This document shows positions 31,945 through 41,446 of a stretch of 41,757 bases of DNA, one piece after another. The stretch spans positions 1 to 41,757 of the IMG/VR virus record IMGVR_UViG_3300020148_000042, one strand, 5' to 3'. Each line of letters begins with the position of its first letter. Positions within the stretch are counted from its first letter, which is position 1. The DNA is from a virus. Lineage: Duplodnaviria; Caudoviricetes. The translations under genes and the position numbers were made by a program. The notes under the pieces were generated by a model. The model saw nothing but the letters and a program-made list of their open reading frames with translations. It was not told where the DNA came from and did no database searches.

Positions 31945-34821
31945 ATGCCAATGTGGCTAGTCCAGATAATCTTCGGCGTCGTGCTGTCGGTGGTCAGCTC
32001 GATGCTGTCCGCTTCGAACAAGTCGAAGGCCAAGGCGTCCGGCATCCGCTCGCAGGTGACCATCGGCGGCGACGAGCCGCTGAGCTTCATTGTGGGGCGC
32101 TATGGCACGGCGGGCCATCTCGAATATGCCGGCACATGGGGGCAGAGCGGCGACGTGCCGAATGCGTACTACACGCTGGTACGCAGCGTGTCGGACCTGC
32201 CGGTGCGCGGCTTCCGGCGCTTCGCCATCTACGGTCAGTGGGTGACGCTGGACGCCACGCACACCGACAAGGGCTATGCGGTTCTGGAGTACCGCCGCAA
32301 GGGCAAGGACTATTTGTGGATCGACTTCCACGACGGCACGCAGACAAGCGCCAACAGTTTCCTTCTGAGCGCGTTCGCTAGCGACCCTGACCATCCGTGG
32401 ACGTCCGACATGATCGGGCGCGGCATCGCCTATTTCACGGTGACGGCGAAGTTCAACCGCGACCTGTTCACCAGTCCGCCTGAGCCCTTTACCGAAGTCG
32501 ACGGCTTCGACCTCGACGATCCGCGCGGCGATGACGAGCAGGAGAACCCTGTCGTCGGCATCCGCCAGGTGCTCAAGGGCTTCTACTTTGGCGACGAATG
32601 GGTGTGGGGTCTCCAGGGGCTGCCCGACAGCCGCACGCCGGCGTTGGTGTGGGAACCGCAGATGGACAAGTGCGACGGCTCCGTCGCGCTGGCCGGCGGC
32701 GGCACGGAGAAGCGATTTCGCTTCGGCGCCGAGATCAGGGTGGATGAGCAGCCCATCGAGGTGATCACCACCATGCTCGATGCGTGCAACGGCCGCATCG
32801 CGGAAGTCGGGGGCATCTACAAGATCCACGTCGCCGAGCCCGGCGACCCCGTCGTCAGTTTCATCGACGACGACATCGTCATCACCGAGGGGCAGAGCTT
32901 CGATCCGTTCCCCGGTCTCGAAAGCACCTACAACGCTATCTCGGCCACCTATGTCGAGCCGGGCGAGACCTGGGCGACCAAGCAGGCGCCTATCCTGACC
33001 GATCTCGACTACGAGGCGGCGGACGATGGGCGCCGCCTGCCGGCCGATGTGGCGCTGCCCTATGTGTTTTCGGGCACGCAGGTGCAACGCATCCAGAAGG
33101 CCATGCTGCTGGAAGACCGGCGCTGGCGCACGCACACCATGACCCTGCCGCCGGAATGGTGGGAGTACGAGGTACTGGACGTTGCGGCATGGACGTCGTC
33201 GCGCAACGGCTACGCCAGCAAGGCGATGCTGATTGCTGCCATGGACGACCTGCCGGGCGGCAACCAGGTGGTGAAGCTGCGTGAGCAGGACCCGGCCGAC
33301 TTCGGCTGGAACGCGGCCACGGACGAGCACGCCTACAGCGTGGTGCCGCTGGTGGTGTCGCGGCCGACGCCGCAGGTCACCACCGGGTTTACGGTCGCGC
33401 CGTATACGGTGGAGGACAGCGCTAGCGCACCCCGCCGTGCCGGCATCGAAGTGTTCTGGGATGCCGGGCTCGTGGACGTGCGCAGCGTGCGCATCCAGGT
33501 CCGCGAAGGCTGGGGCGACAAGGCCGTCGTCGCTGATGTGACGCTGGATTACGATGTTGATGAGGCCGCGCCCTCGCGGGTGATCGCCAACCCAGCAATC
33601 CTTCCCGCGTCGGCCTATGAGGTGCGCGGCATCTATCTGCCGTTCTCCGGCCGGGTGACGCGGTGGAGCAACCAAGATGTCGATGGCATCGACGGGGCCT
33701 GGCTCACCGTCACGACGCCGGATGTGCAGGAAGTCACGAGCCAGCAGATCATCGCCGCAACGGCCGATCTCCTAGCCTACATGAATGTGTCGCTGCGCGA
33801 TCTCAACGAGAATGTGCAACTGGCATCGTCGCTCGCAGCAGACCAGGACGCAGCGAACTTCGACGACCGTCGCTACGTGCTGGAGCAGGTGAAGATCGGC
33901 GATATCGCCACCTATGCCGCGTCCACCCGCTCATTGCTGCTTGCGCTCGGTGCCGATGGCTCGTCGCTGGCCGACGCCATCAGTGCGATCGAGGCGGCCT
34001 CGGGGGATGTCACGGCCGGGTTCCTGACGCGCATGACCACCGTCGCCTCGCCGGATGAGGCGTGGGTGCGGTACGGCATGCAGCTGCGCGCGTCGCTTGG
34101 TGACGACCTCGTCATGGCGTCTGATTTCTGGGAGGTCAATGCGGCGACGGGTGCGTCGCGTCATATCTCCATCGCCTCGGAGCACTACATCCTCGACGAC
34201 GAAGGCAATGTGCTGGCGCTCTTTGGAGCGGGCGGTGCAACCTTTGATGTGGCGCGCATTGAGGATGCTTCGATCGGCGCGGCGAAGATCGCCGACGCGG
34301 CCATTGGCAGCGCCAAGATCGGCGATGCGGCCGTTACCACAGCCAAGATCGACACAGCTGCCGTCACCTCGGCGAAGATCGGTAGCCTGCAGGTCGAGCG
34401 CATCAAGATTGCCAACGCGGCGGTGACCGAACTGCTCAGTGACACCGTGACGGCCGGCACGGTGTCGGCCTCGAGCGCCTACCAGACAATCTGCTCGATC
34501 AGCATTGCTTCGGGCGCCTATCCCATCCCGGTCGGCGCATATCTCGACTTCCAGCCCTACAGCGGCTCGGTCAACCAGCCCTACGAAACGCTTATGGAGA
34601 TAATAATCGATGGCGCAAGCACCACGCTGGCATCTGTGACCAAAACGGCGGGTCCAGGTGGGGCCGGTAACAACAAGAAAATTCCGCTGAGCGCAGTCAT
34701 CCCCGCGCTGCCAGCAGGGGACTACACGGTACGGCTGCGCTTCAAGGGTGAGTTCAACTACTCGGGCCAGACGCACGCCATAAACATTGCCATGCTCGGC
34801 GCGGGGCAGCCGCAAAAATGA
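31945..34821 (+). CDS. Tail tip/host-specificity protein (gpJ-like)
   Basis: 958 aa; hub-like N-terminal half; C-terminal 10-aa repeats (IEDASIGAAK IADAAIGSAK IGDAAVTTAK IDTAAVTSAK). Confidence 0.9.
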   Translation: MPMWLVQIIFGVVLSVVSSMLSASNKSKAKASGIRSQVTIGGDEPLSFIVGRYGTAGHLEYAGTWGQSGDVPNAYYTLVRSVSDLPVRGFRRFAIYGQWVTLDATHTDKGYAVLEYRRKGKDYLWIDFHDGTQTSANSFLLSAFASDPDHPWTSDMIGRGIAYFTVTAKFNRDLFTSPPEPFTEVDGFDLDDPRGDDEQENPVVGIRQVLKGFYFGDEWVWGLQGLPDSRTPALVWEPQMDKCDGSVALAGGGTEKRFRFGAEIRVDEQPIEVITTMLDACNGRIAEVGGIYKIHVAEPGDPVVSFIDDDIVITEGQSFDPFPGLESTYNAISATYVEPGETWATKQAPILTDLDYEAADDGRRLPADVALPYVFSGTQVQRIQKAMLLEDRRWRTHTMTLPPEWWEYEVLDVAAWTSSRNGYASKAMLIAAMDDLPGGNQVVKLREQDPADFGWNAATDEHAYSVVPLVVSRPTPQVTTGFTVAPYTVEDSASAPRRAGIEVFWDAGLVDVRSVRIQVREGWGDKAVVADVTLDYDVDEAAPSRVIANPAILPASAYEVRGIYLPFSGRVTRWSNQDVDGIDGAWLTVTTPDVQEVTSQQIIAATADLLAYMNVSLRDLNENVQLASSLAADQDAANFDDRRYVLEQVKIGDIATYAASTRSLLLALGADGSSLADAISAIEAASGDVTAGFLTRMTTVASPDEAWVRYGMQLRASLGDDLVMASDFWEVNAATGASRHISIASEHYILDDEGNVLALFGAGGATFDVARIEDASIGAAKIADAAIGSAKIGDAAVTTAKIDTAAVTSAKIGSLQVERIKIANAAVTELLSDTVTAGTVSASSAYQTICSISIASGAYPIPVGAYLDFQPYSGSVNQPYETLMEIIIDGASTTLASVTKTAGPGGAGNNKKIPLSAVIPALPAGDYTVRLRFKGEFNYSGQTHAINIAMLGAGQPQK

Positions 34822-35048
34822 GCGACGACGGCTTCATCGAGTTCATGCTGTTCGACGTGCGCACGCGCCGGCTGCTGCCCTCGCATCGCACGGCCTCCAC
34901 CATCCAGAGCGTCGAGCGGCAGGCCGCGAACCTGGGCGAGGGCGACCAAGTCGGGAACCTCGGCTGGGTGTTCGGCCACTACGACAGCGCCGCCTACATC
35001 GTCGATGAGAACGGCGAGCCACAGCCCATCGCGGAGGAACACGAATGA
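34818..35048 (+). CDS. Hypothetical tail-associated protein
   Basis: ATGA-coupled at both ends. Confidence 0.65.
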   Translation: MSDDGFIEFMLFDVRTRRLLPSHRTASTIQSVERQAANLGEGDQVGNLGWVFGHYDSAAYIVDENGEPQPIAEEHE

Positions 35049-35863
35049 GCCTGCCGAAAATCTACAACGTCGGCACCGCCTCGGTCGCGAGCGACTCGAC
35101 ATCGGTTGTCGGCAGCGGCACGAATTGGCTTGGGCTGGTGAAGCCCGATGACGTGTTCCGAAAAGCTGGCCTTTCAGTGCGCATCGCCTCGGTCGAAGGC
35201 AGTGGGGCCCTGACACTCGCTGAGCCGTGGCCGGGCGACACCCTCACCAATGCCGGCTACGAGATCGCCATCACCTATGATGGGCCTGAGTTCCAACTGC
35301 GCATGCGGCAGGTTGCCGAAATGGTCACCGAACTCACGGCGCAGGGCGTCAGGTTCGACGCCTTCGGAGAGTTCAGCGCGCGCGTGACCTATGACGATCG
35401 CCCTGCGGGCTATGTGTATCTGTCGGTAGACGGCGACGGCGACACCAACACGACGTGGACACTCTACATCAAGCTGAGTAGCGACACGGCGGATTGGGAC
35501 GATGGGCAGATCGTACGCGGCCCGCAGGGCCTCCCCGGCGCCTCCGGCGAGCCGCTGGTGGCCAATGTCATCGCGACCGCCGGCATTGCAGTAGGCCAGT
35601 ATGTGATGGCCCCATGGGTGCACGCGGCGGCGACCCTCGAACGCCTCAAGGCCTCGATCCGCGCCGGCACCGACGACGTGCAGATGGCCATCCTGGTCAA
35701 CGGGCAGGCCCGGCTTGGGCCCTATGTGGTTGAGGCCGGCACGGTGCTGAGCGAGGCGATCACGCTGCCGCTCGTCCAGGATGACGAGGTGGCGGTGGCG
35801 GTGCTCACGACGGGCGGCGGCGATGTCAAATGGCTGGTCGTGCAGATGGACGCGGGGAGCTGA
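35045..35863 (+). CDS. Tail fibre anchor/adaptor protein
   Basis: YNVGTASVASDSTSVVGSGTNWL...LTLAEPWPG; short GPQGLPG collagen-like linker. Confidence 0.78.
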   Translation: MSLPKIYNVGTASVASDSTSVVGSGTNWLGLVKPDDVFRKAGLSVRIASVEGSGALTLAEPWPGDTLTNAGYEIAITYDGPEFQLRMRQVAEMVTELTAQGVRFDAFGEFSARVTYDDRPAGYVYLSVDGDGDTNTTWTLYIKLSSDTADWDDGQIVRGPQGLPGASGEPLVANVIATAGIAVGQYVMAPWVHAAATLERLKASIRAGTDDVQMAILVNGQARLGPYVVEAGTVLSEAITLPLVQDDEVAVAVLTTGGGDVKWLVVQMDAGS

Positions 35864-35865
35864 CG

Positions 35866-37233
35866 ATGGGCGTTTACAGCTACAACGACGTGCCGGCCGA
35901 GCTGGTGCCCTTCTCGCTGCCGACGCTGGAGCTGATCCGCAACGAGCCGCGCATCTCGGTCTTTGATTTCAAGCGCGACGTGGCGTGCGTGCTCGACAGG
36001 ACTGCGCCGGAGAAGGGCTTCATCGGCACGGTGCAGGATGCCTTCGATGCCAGCATCGGCACCTTTGCCCGCGCTGGCAATGCCGGCGTCACCGGGGCCG
36101 ACGGCAAGATCAGCTATGTCGGTACCAACGTGTGGCGCCGGCAGTTCGACCCCATCACGCACGAGCCCTTGGGCTATCTGCCGGAGCAGCAGCGCACCAA
36201 TCTGTGCCTCTACAGCGAGGCGTTCTTCAGCCCCAACTGGTCTGTCGCCCGTGGCACGGTCACCTCCGACCAGGCGCTTGCGCCCGATGCGATGATGACC
36301 GCCGATCTGTTCGTCGAAAGCACCGAGGCGGGGGCGCACGGCCCGTTCAAGTCCAATTTTGACTCGGTGACGGCGGGCACGACCTACACCTTTTCGATAT
36401 TCGCCAAGAAGCGCGACGCCAATCGGCATATCATCCTGTCGATCGATGGGGCTGGGGCCGGCACGGGTGGAAACGCGGCGTACGACCTCGATACGGGCGC
36501 GCGGCTCACCACCGGCGGCGCTGTCGTCGTCTCCAGCGGCGCGCAGCAGTGGGGCAATGGGTGGTGGCGCATCCACCTGACGGTCACCGCCTCGGCGACG
36601 GGGACCGTCCGGCTGCTCTGCCTGCTTTTCAATTCGACGGGGATGACGCTCTCATATGCCGGCGACGGCACCTCGGGCGTCTTTCTCTGGGGCGCTCAGT
36701 TCGAGGTCGGCGGTTATCCCACCTCCTACATCCCGACCGAGGGGTCGGCCGTCACGCGCAATGCCGATGTGATGACGGTGCCGCTTACCAAGCTGCCGTT
36801 CTCGGTGTCGGCTGGGACGCTGCTGGCGACCCTTCAGCCGACTGCCGATCAGGGGGCAAATACTTCCACCTGGGCATCGATCCGCAAGGACAGCAACGAC
36901 CGCTTTCTCTTTCGGAATGGGGCCGCTGGCATGAAATCCCTACGAATTGATGTTATATCTGCAGGCGCCACCGTCGCGGCGATACAATCTGGCAGCAACT
37001 CGGCGGCCGACCGTTCAAAGGCAGCGGTCGGCTGGGCGGCCGACGATTTTGAGTTCGTGGTGGATGGTGTCAGCGCTGGAGTGGATACGGCCGGAGCGCT
37101 TCCAAGTGGGCTGCTCGACCTCAACATCGGCCACTCGGGTGGCGGCTTCGACTGGGGGGCTCCAATCGAGAGTATGATCCTTATCCCCCGCCGCCTCACC
37201 CAATCCGAAATGATCGCGAGGACCGCAGCATGA
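35866..37233 (+). CDS. Receptor-binding/spike fibre protein with carbohydrate-binding-like domains
   Basis: GYLPEQQRTNLCLYSEAF, GNGWWRI, WGAQFEVGGYPTSYIPT...VTRNAD; LamG-like C-terminus. Confidence 0.82.
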   Translation: MGVYSYNDVPAELVPFSLPTLELIRNEPRISVFDFKRDVACVLDRTAPEKGFIGTVQDAFDASIGTFARAGNAGVTGADGKISYVGTNVWRRQFDPITHEPLGYLPEQQRTNLCLYSEAFFSPNWSVARGTVTSDQALAPDAMMTADLFVESTEAGAHGPFKSNFDSVTAGTTYTFSIFAKKRDANRHIILSIDGAGAGTGGNAAYDLDTGARLTTGGAVVVSSGAQQWGNGWWRIHLTVTASATGTVRLLCLLFNSTGMTLSYAGDGTSGVFLWGAQFEVGGYPTSYIPTEGSAVTRNADVMTVPLTKLPFSVSAGTLLATLQPTADQGANTSTWASIRKDSNDRFLFRNGAAGMKSLRIDVISAGATVAAIQSGSNSAADRSKAAVGWAADDFEFVVDGVSAGVDTAGALPSGLLDLNIGHSGGGFDWGAPIESMILIPRRLTQSEMIARTAA

Positions 37234-37412
37234 CCAAGGAACAGCTCGGCGCGAAGATTCGCGAGTGGCTGCAGCAGCACCGGGACGGCGGCCTCGTGCA
37301 GGGCGTCTACCTCGCCGACGAGGACCGCGAGAGCGAGACGGTGCTGCGCCTCGACCTGACCCTCGACACCGAGGCCCTGGCCGACGCACTGCTCAAGGAG
37401 ATGCAGCCATGA
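37230..37412 (+). CDS. Hypothetical protein
   Basis: ATGA-coupled at both ends. Confidence 0.6.
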   Translation: MTKEQLGAKIREWLQQHRDGGLVQGVYLADEDRESETVLRLDLTLDTEALADALLKEMQP

Positions 37413-37879
37413 TCGAGTTCCTGCTCTGGGCGCCTGACCGCGAGACCTTCACCGCCACACTCCCGACCATCACGTTGCCAGACGGTCGGCCCATCGCTCG
37501 CCTGCCGGCAGAGGACGAAGAGCCTGCTGATGGCGGCTCGCTGATGTGGATCGAGGGCATCGCCTGCTCGGAGATCGGCCCGGTCATCAAGACCCCGGCC
37601 GTGCTCGACGAGGATGGCGAGGAGATCGAGCCCGCCATCGTCGTGCCGGGCCACCACGCCAATGTTCTCGCGACCGGCGCCATTGCCGCGCTGCTGACCG
37701 CCGGCATGCCGGCAGAGGGCAGCATCTTCGCGCGCACCCGCCTGATCCAGCTACTCGGCGGCGAGCTCGTCTGGCAGGAGAGCGAGGTCGGCGAGCCGCC
37801 CGGCTATGTCGGGCCCTCCGGCGTCAAGATCAGCGACCCGGCAGTGGTGGATCATCGGGCGCGGGTGTTTTGGACCTGA
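37409..37879 (+). CDS. Fibre-associated/assembly protein
   Basis: AAGGAG RBS; IGPVIKTPAVLDEDGEEIEPAIVVPGHHANV motif typical downstream of fibre genes. Confidence 0.72.
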   Translation: MIEFLLWAPDRETFTATLPTITLPDGRPIARLPAEDEEPADGGSLMWIEGIACSEIGPVIKTPAVLDEDGEEIEPAIVVPGHHANVLATGAIAALLTAGMPAEGSIFARTRLIQLLGGELVWQESEVGEPPGYVGPSGVKISDPAVVDHRARVFWT

Positions 37880-37977
37880 CCCTCGCAAACACACCAACAA
37901 AGGAGTTCGTAGGATGAAACCCCAAGTGACCTGCACTACCGTCCCAAGACGGTTATCAGTGCAGGAGATGCAGGACG

Positions 37978-38364
37978 CTACGCGTCCGGCTTCTCGCCCC
38001 GCTGCCAACGCAGCTCGTCAGCCTCCGCTGGCAAGTCGGCCAAGTCGCGTTTGAGAGTGACAGTCACGCTGTGTCTGGCCGCCTCGTCATCTCCGGCAAT
38101 TACATGGCCGCCGGCGACGACCGTAACGGGTTGGCCTCCGCCCCATGCCACGGCCAGCCGGAACTTGCCTTCCCCCTCGAAGCTCAACTTGGACGTTTCT
38201 ACGGGTTCTTCGTCTCCAACCTGAACCCGCAGAGCGCCGGTTGGCAGAGCGACAAGGTGGAGCAGTGCGTCCGGTGGCCCAAATGGCGGGCATATCGGGG
38301 TCTCTACGGTCGGAGGCCACGGCCTCAACCCGTCGATGGTAAGTAGCTTAGTTCCTTCGTTCAC
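37978..38364 (-). CDS. Hypothetical protein, possibly a fragment
   Basis: GGAGGAA RBS before GTG; beta-rich 128 aa. Confidence 0.5.
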   Translation of the reverse strand: MNEGTKLLTIDGLRPWPPTVETPICPPFGPPDALLHLVALPTGALRVQVGDEEPVETSKLSFEGEGKFRLAVAWGGGQPVTVVAGGHVIAGDDEAARHSVTVTLKRDLADLPAEADELRWQRGEKPDA

Positions 38365-38730
38365 TAGTTCCTCCCTCGCACTCCCCGCAGGACTTCAGCC
38401 GACACCGCCACTTGACGCCTTCGAAGCGCAGGGCCGGTGCAGCCGGGTCCCTACGCGAGCGTGGGGGCTCTGGACCCGGCTGCCTCGCCCACGGGCTGGG
38501 CATGACAAGCAGCAAATCACCGGCGGCTAGATGTGGCAAGGTAGAGTGGCCGAGGTCGTGGTGCACTTGGGGGACGACACCGACCTCGGCCGAACTGCCA
38601 CAGTTGGGAGGGGCAGAACCTCAGTCTCGGCCGGTGAACCGGTCCAAGGCAATGGGCCTATGGTCGCATGGCGCCACTTCGTCGCGGCGCGAGTTGACGT
38701 TCGTCCCCTCGCCTCATAAGCCTCTGCGCC

Positions 38731-38823
38731 ATGTCGAAGTCTGTCGTGCGCATGATCGTCCGCGGGATCATGCTCGGCGTGCTGCTTACCGCCGGGTTCG
38801 TGTTGCTGGCGGTTTTCGCCTAA
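38731..38823 (+). CDS. 30-aa single-TM peptide (missing from the ORF track)
   Basis: MSKSVVRMIVRGIMLGVLLTAGFVLLAVFA; TTGACG at 38694 upstream, consistent with a leaderless transcript. Confidence 0.45.
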   Translation: MSKSVVRMIVRGIMLGVLLTAGFVLLAVFA

Positions 38824-38857
38824 GCATGAGATGGTAACCAGCGTGGCGCCGATGGCA

Positions 38858-39382
38858 CTACCGCCCATACACTGCATCAACCACATGCCCGTCAGCATAG
38901 GGCCCGATATCCGTCGCCGGTCGTCCCTCCAGCCGGCGCTTGTGCAGTTCCGCCGAGGCGGCTGAGGTAAGCGGCTCCAGAGCCGGGACCGGCCCGAACC
39001 GCTTCAACATCGCCATCAGGGCCAGCAGCCGTTCGCTGGACGAGCCTTCGAGATCGAAAGCCGCAACGTCGATCCTGGCGCGTCCGGCTGCGGCGGCCTC
39101 GATCTTCGCCAGCATGACGCGCATTTCGTCCACGGTCGTGACGAAGGCCGCATGACGCTCTTGCACCGACACCCATAGCCTCACGGCACTTGCAGCGGCG
39201 GACACCTCGTCAACGGCTGTGTCGGAGACCACGATAGGCCCGATCCGTGCTTTCGCCTGCCATACGGTGAGGCCGAAGTACGGTCCAAACCACACACGCA
39301 CTTCGCCGCCCTCGGCCGATCCAGTCGGATAGGCCACATAACTCTGCTCACCATCGCGCTTCCAAGGCAGGCGATCTGTCAT
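38858..39382 (-). CDS. Hypothetical protein
   Basis: GGAG RBS, ATG 39382 overlapping the upstream stop. Confidence 0.6.
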   Translation of the reverse strand: MTDRLPWKRDGEQSYVAYPTGSAEGGEVRVWFGPYFGLTVWQAKARIGPIVVSDTAVDEVSAAASAVRLWVSVQERHAAFVTTVDEMRVMLAKIEAAAAGRARIDVAAFDLEGSSSERLLALMAMLKRFGPVPALEPLTSAASAELHKRRLEGRPATDIGPYADGHVVDAVYGR

Positions 39383-39522
39383 GGGGGCAACTCCACCACG
39401 GTCTTCGCCGCGCGCATGGCGCCGCCGACCATCACGCCGAGCCAGATCGCTAGCGCGATCGCCACGAAGATCGCCAGCCAGGCGACCAGCATCCATCTGA
39501 GCCCGTAACGCCCTCTCAACAT
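39379..39522 (-). CDS. Small single-TM protein
   Basis: GGAGG RBS; MLRGRYGLRWMLVAWLAIFVAIALAIWLGVMVGG... Confidence 0.5.
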   Translation of the reverse strand: MLRGRYGLRWMLVAWLAIFVAIALAIWLGVMVGGAMRAAKTVVELPP

Positions 39523-39621
39523 TCCCGCCGCCCTCCCAAGGGTAGGGAGCTTATGCCGGCGCGAGCGCGCTGACCATCCGCCGCCTCCGGGCGGCCTTTC
39601 ATCCATCGACAGGAGACTCCA

Positions 39622-39912
39622 ATGAACGACTACGCCATATCGGAGGACCCCCAGATCGACCATGGGATCGTACCTTATGTGGCGGTTTTGCGGGCTGCGG
39701 GGATTGAGACCTTCGAATCCTGCCAGGGCGGCGAGGGACACGCGTACCCGGACCCGACGATCCGATTTCATGGAGACAGGAGCGAGGGCTTCCGGGCATT
39801 GGCGGTGGCAATGCAATCCGGTCTGCCTGTCTTGGAGCTGCGCAGAGTATGGCCGGTCAACGATGGAGAGCCGACCGGCCCATGGTGGGAACTGACGTTC
39901 CGACCTAGCTGA
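39622..39912 (+). CDS. Hypothetical protein with an ID-x-GI...G-x-x-T-x-x-SC-x-G motif
   Basis: AGGAG RBS; QIDHGIVPYVAVLRAAGIETFESCQGG. Confidence 0.75.
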   Translation: MNDYAISEDPQIDHGIVPYVAVLRAAGIETFESCQGGEGHAYPDPTIRFHGDRSEGFRALAVAMQSGLPVLELRRVWPVNDGEPTGPWWELTFRPS

Positions 39913-40054
39913 GCCGCGCGCACTCGGCGCACAGCGGCTTGCCACCGGTACCTTCGCGGCGGTTTTCGCTCTCGATATTGTTGCCGGTGTTACATTCGGT
40001 GTTGTTGTGGTGGACATTCTGCTTGATCGAATGCCACGGGGACTTCTTAGCCAT
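39905..40054 (-). CDS. 49-aa His/Cys metal-binding protein
   Basis: AAAGGA RBS; MAKKSPWHS...VHHNNTECNTGNNIE...GTGGKPLCAECARL. Confidence 0.75.
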   Translation of the reverse strand: MAKKSPWHSIKQNVHHNNTECNTGNNIESENRREGTGGKPLCAECARLS

Positions 40055-40191
40055 TGCAATATTCCTTTCGACGCTAGGCAATGAATAAGGCTTAGGTCGA
40101 GTCGTCCGCCAAATATAGATAAGCAATACTGACCTAGTTGGCGCATTGACCGCCGCAGGTAGGCATCCTCATCCCATCGATGGAGACTTCC

Positions 40192-40896
40192 ATGAACGCT
40201 GCGTTCTTCGCCGCGGTGCGACCGCTATTTGGCGGCTCGCTCTCACAGCCACAGGTCGATGGCCTCAACCAGATCGCCAGGACCTGGGCGGACTATGGCG
40301 ACGGGGATGATGGCAAGCTGGCCTACATCTTCGCCACGGCCTTCCACGAGACTGCGCAGACCATGCAGCCGGTGCGCGAGACGCTGGCAAAGACCGACGC
40401 CAAGGCCAAGGAAATCCTCACCAGGGCGTGGCGAGCCGGCAAGCTGCCGGGTGTCAAGACCGACTACTGGTCTTCGGGCTATTTCGGTCGGGGCTACGTG
40501 CAGATCACCCACGAGGCCAACTATCGCAAGGCCGGGGACAAGCTCGGGCTCAATCTCGTGGCGAATCCATCCCTTGCCCTCGATCCCGACATTGCGGCGC
40601 GCATCCTGATCCGCGGCATGCTCGAGGGCTGGTTCACCGGCAAGAAGCTGGGCGACTACATCGCCGGCGAGGACCGCAACTTCCTCGGCGCCCGGCGCGT
40701 CGTCAACGGCACGGACAAAGCCTCTCTCATCACCGACCACGCTGGCACGTTCCTGCGGGCGCTGGAGGCCGCTCGCGCTGCTGAGCCTGCTCCCACTCAA
40801 CCGACCCCCGATCCGCCGCCCACGCCCCCCGCTCGCGGCTGGCTGGGGTCGCTGCTCGCCTTCCTCCTCTCCCTGCTGAAAGGATTCCGCAAATGA
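40192..40896 (+). CDS. Endolysin (GH19/lysozyme-like fold)
   Basis: LAYIFATAFHETAQTMQPVRE...YFGRGYVQITHEANY...ARRVVNGTDKA; Pro linker and amphipathic C-terminal tail; alternative ATG at 40180. Confidence 0.9.
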   Translation: MNAAFFAAVRPLFGGSLSQPQVDGLNQIARTWADYGDGDDGKLAYIFATAFHETAQTMQPVRETLAKTDAKAKEILTRAWRAGKLPGVKTDYWSSGYFGRGYVQITHEANYRKAGDKLGLNLVANPSLALDPDIAARILIRGMLEGWFTGKKLGDYIAGEDRNFLGARRVVNGTDKASLITDHAGTFLRALEAARAAEPAPTQPTPDPPPTPPARGWLGSLLAFLLSLLKGFRK

Positions 40897-41132
40897 CCCT
40901 CTGGCAACGCCTATGGGATTTCCTCATCCGGTGGCGGACATGGCTGGCGAACGTCGCTGGCGCGGTGCTGCTCGCGCTGCCCGATCTGCTCTACCTGCTC
41001 AATTCGTCCGAGCTGATGGCCGTGCTGCCAGTGGGCTACCAGAAGTGGCTCGCCCTCGCCTTGCTCATCATCAACATCTGGATGCGGCCCCGACCGGCCG
41101 TGCGTGCCTCCGACCCGGAGGCGCGGAAATGA
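40893..41132 (+). CDS. Two-TM lysis-cassette protein (holin/antiholin-like)
   Basis: ATGA overlap with the endolysin; two hydrophobic helices. Confidence 0.7.
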   Translation: MTLWQRLWDFLIRWRTWLANVAGAVLLALPDLLYLLNSSELMAVLPVGYQKWLALALLIINIWMRPRPAVRASDPEARK

Positions 41133-41446
41133 CCTGCGGCGCTCTCGACATCGGCTGCGCGGTTGCTGCGTGGTTCGACCCGCTGCTGACGTGGTGGGGT
41201 GCGATAGGCGCCTTCATCCGCGCTTGGTGGTGGGTGGCCTACGCAGCCTTTTTCATGGCCCTGGGGGCGCATCTGGGCAAGGTCCGCACCTATGCGGTGA
41301 TCACTGCAGGCGTGGTGGCCATTGCGCTGCGTTTCTGGCCGCAGCCTGCCGGCGAGCCCGACTACGAGACGGGCGAGGCGGCCGCGCCCACGCCTCCACC
41401 TGCTAAGCGCCGGACGCTGCAAGACCTCATCCGAGGGGGACGCTAA
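41129..41446 (+). CDS. Membrane protein of the lysis cassette
   Basis: GGAGG RBS, ATG 41129; Trp-rich hydrophobic segments. Confidence 0.65.
   Translation: MTCGALDIGCAVAAWFDPLLTWWGAIGAFIRAWWWVAYAAFFMALGAHLGKVRTYAVITAGVVAIALRFWPQPAGEPDYETGEAAAPTPPPAKRRTLQDLIRGGR

Noticed and set aside
34258-34425. 30-bp/10-aa repeats in the tail tip gene as a novel repeat system
   Set aside because: Ordinary beta-helix-type repeats commonly seen in gpJ-like and fibre proteins
31957-34815. 572-aa and 294-aa minus-strand ORFs opposite the tail tip gene
   Set aside because: Antisense shadows of a well-supported gene
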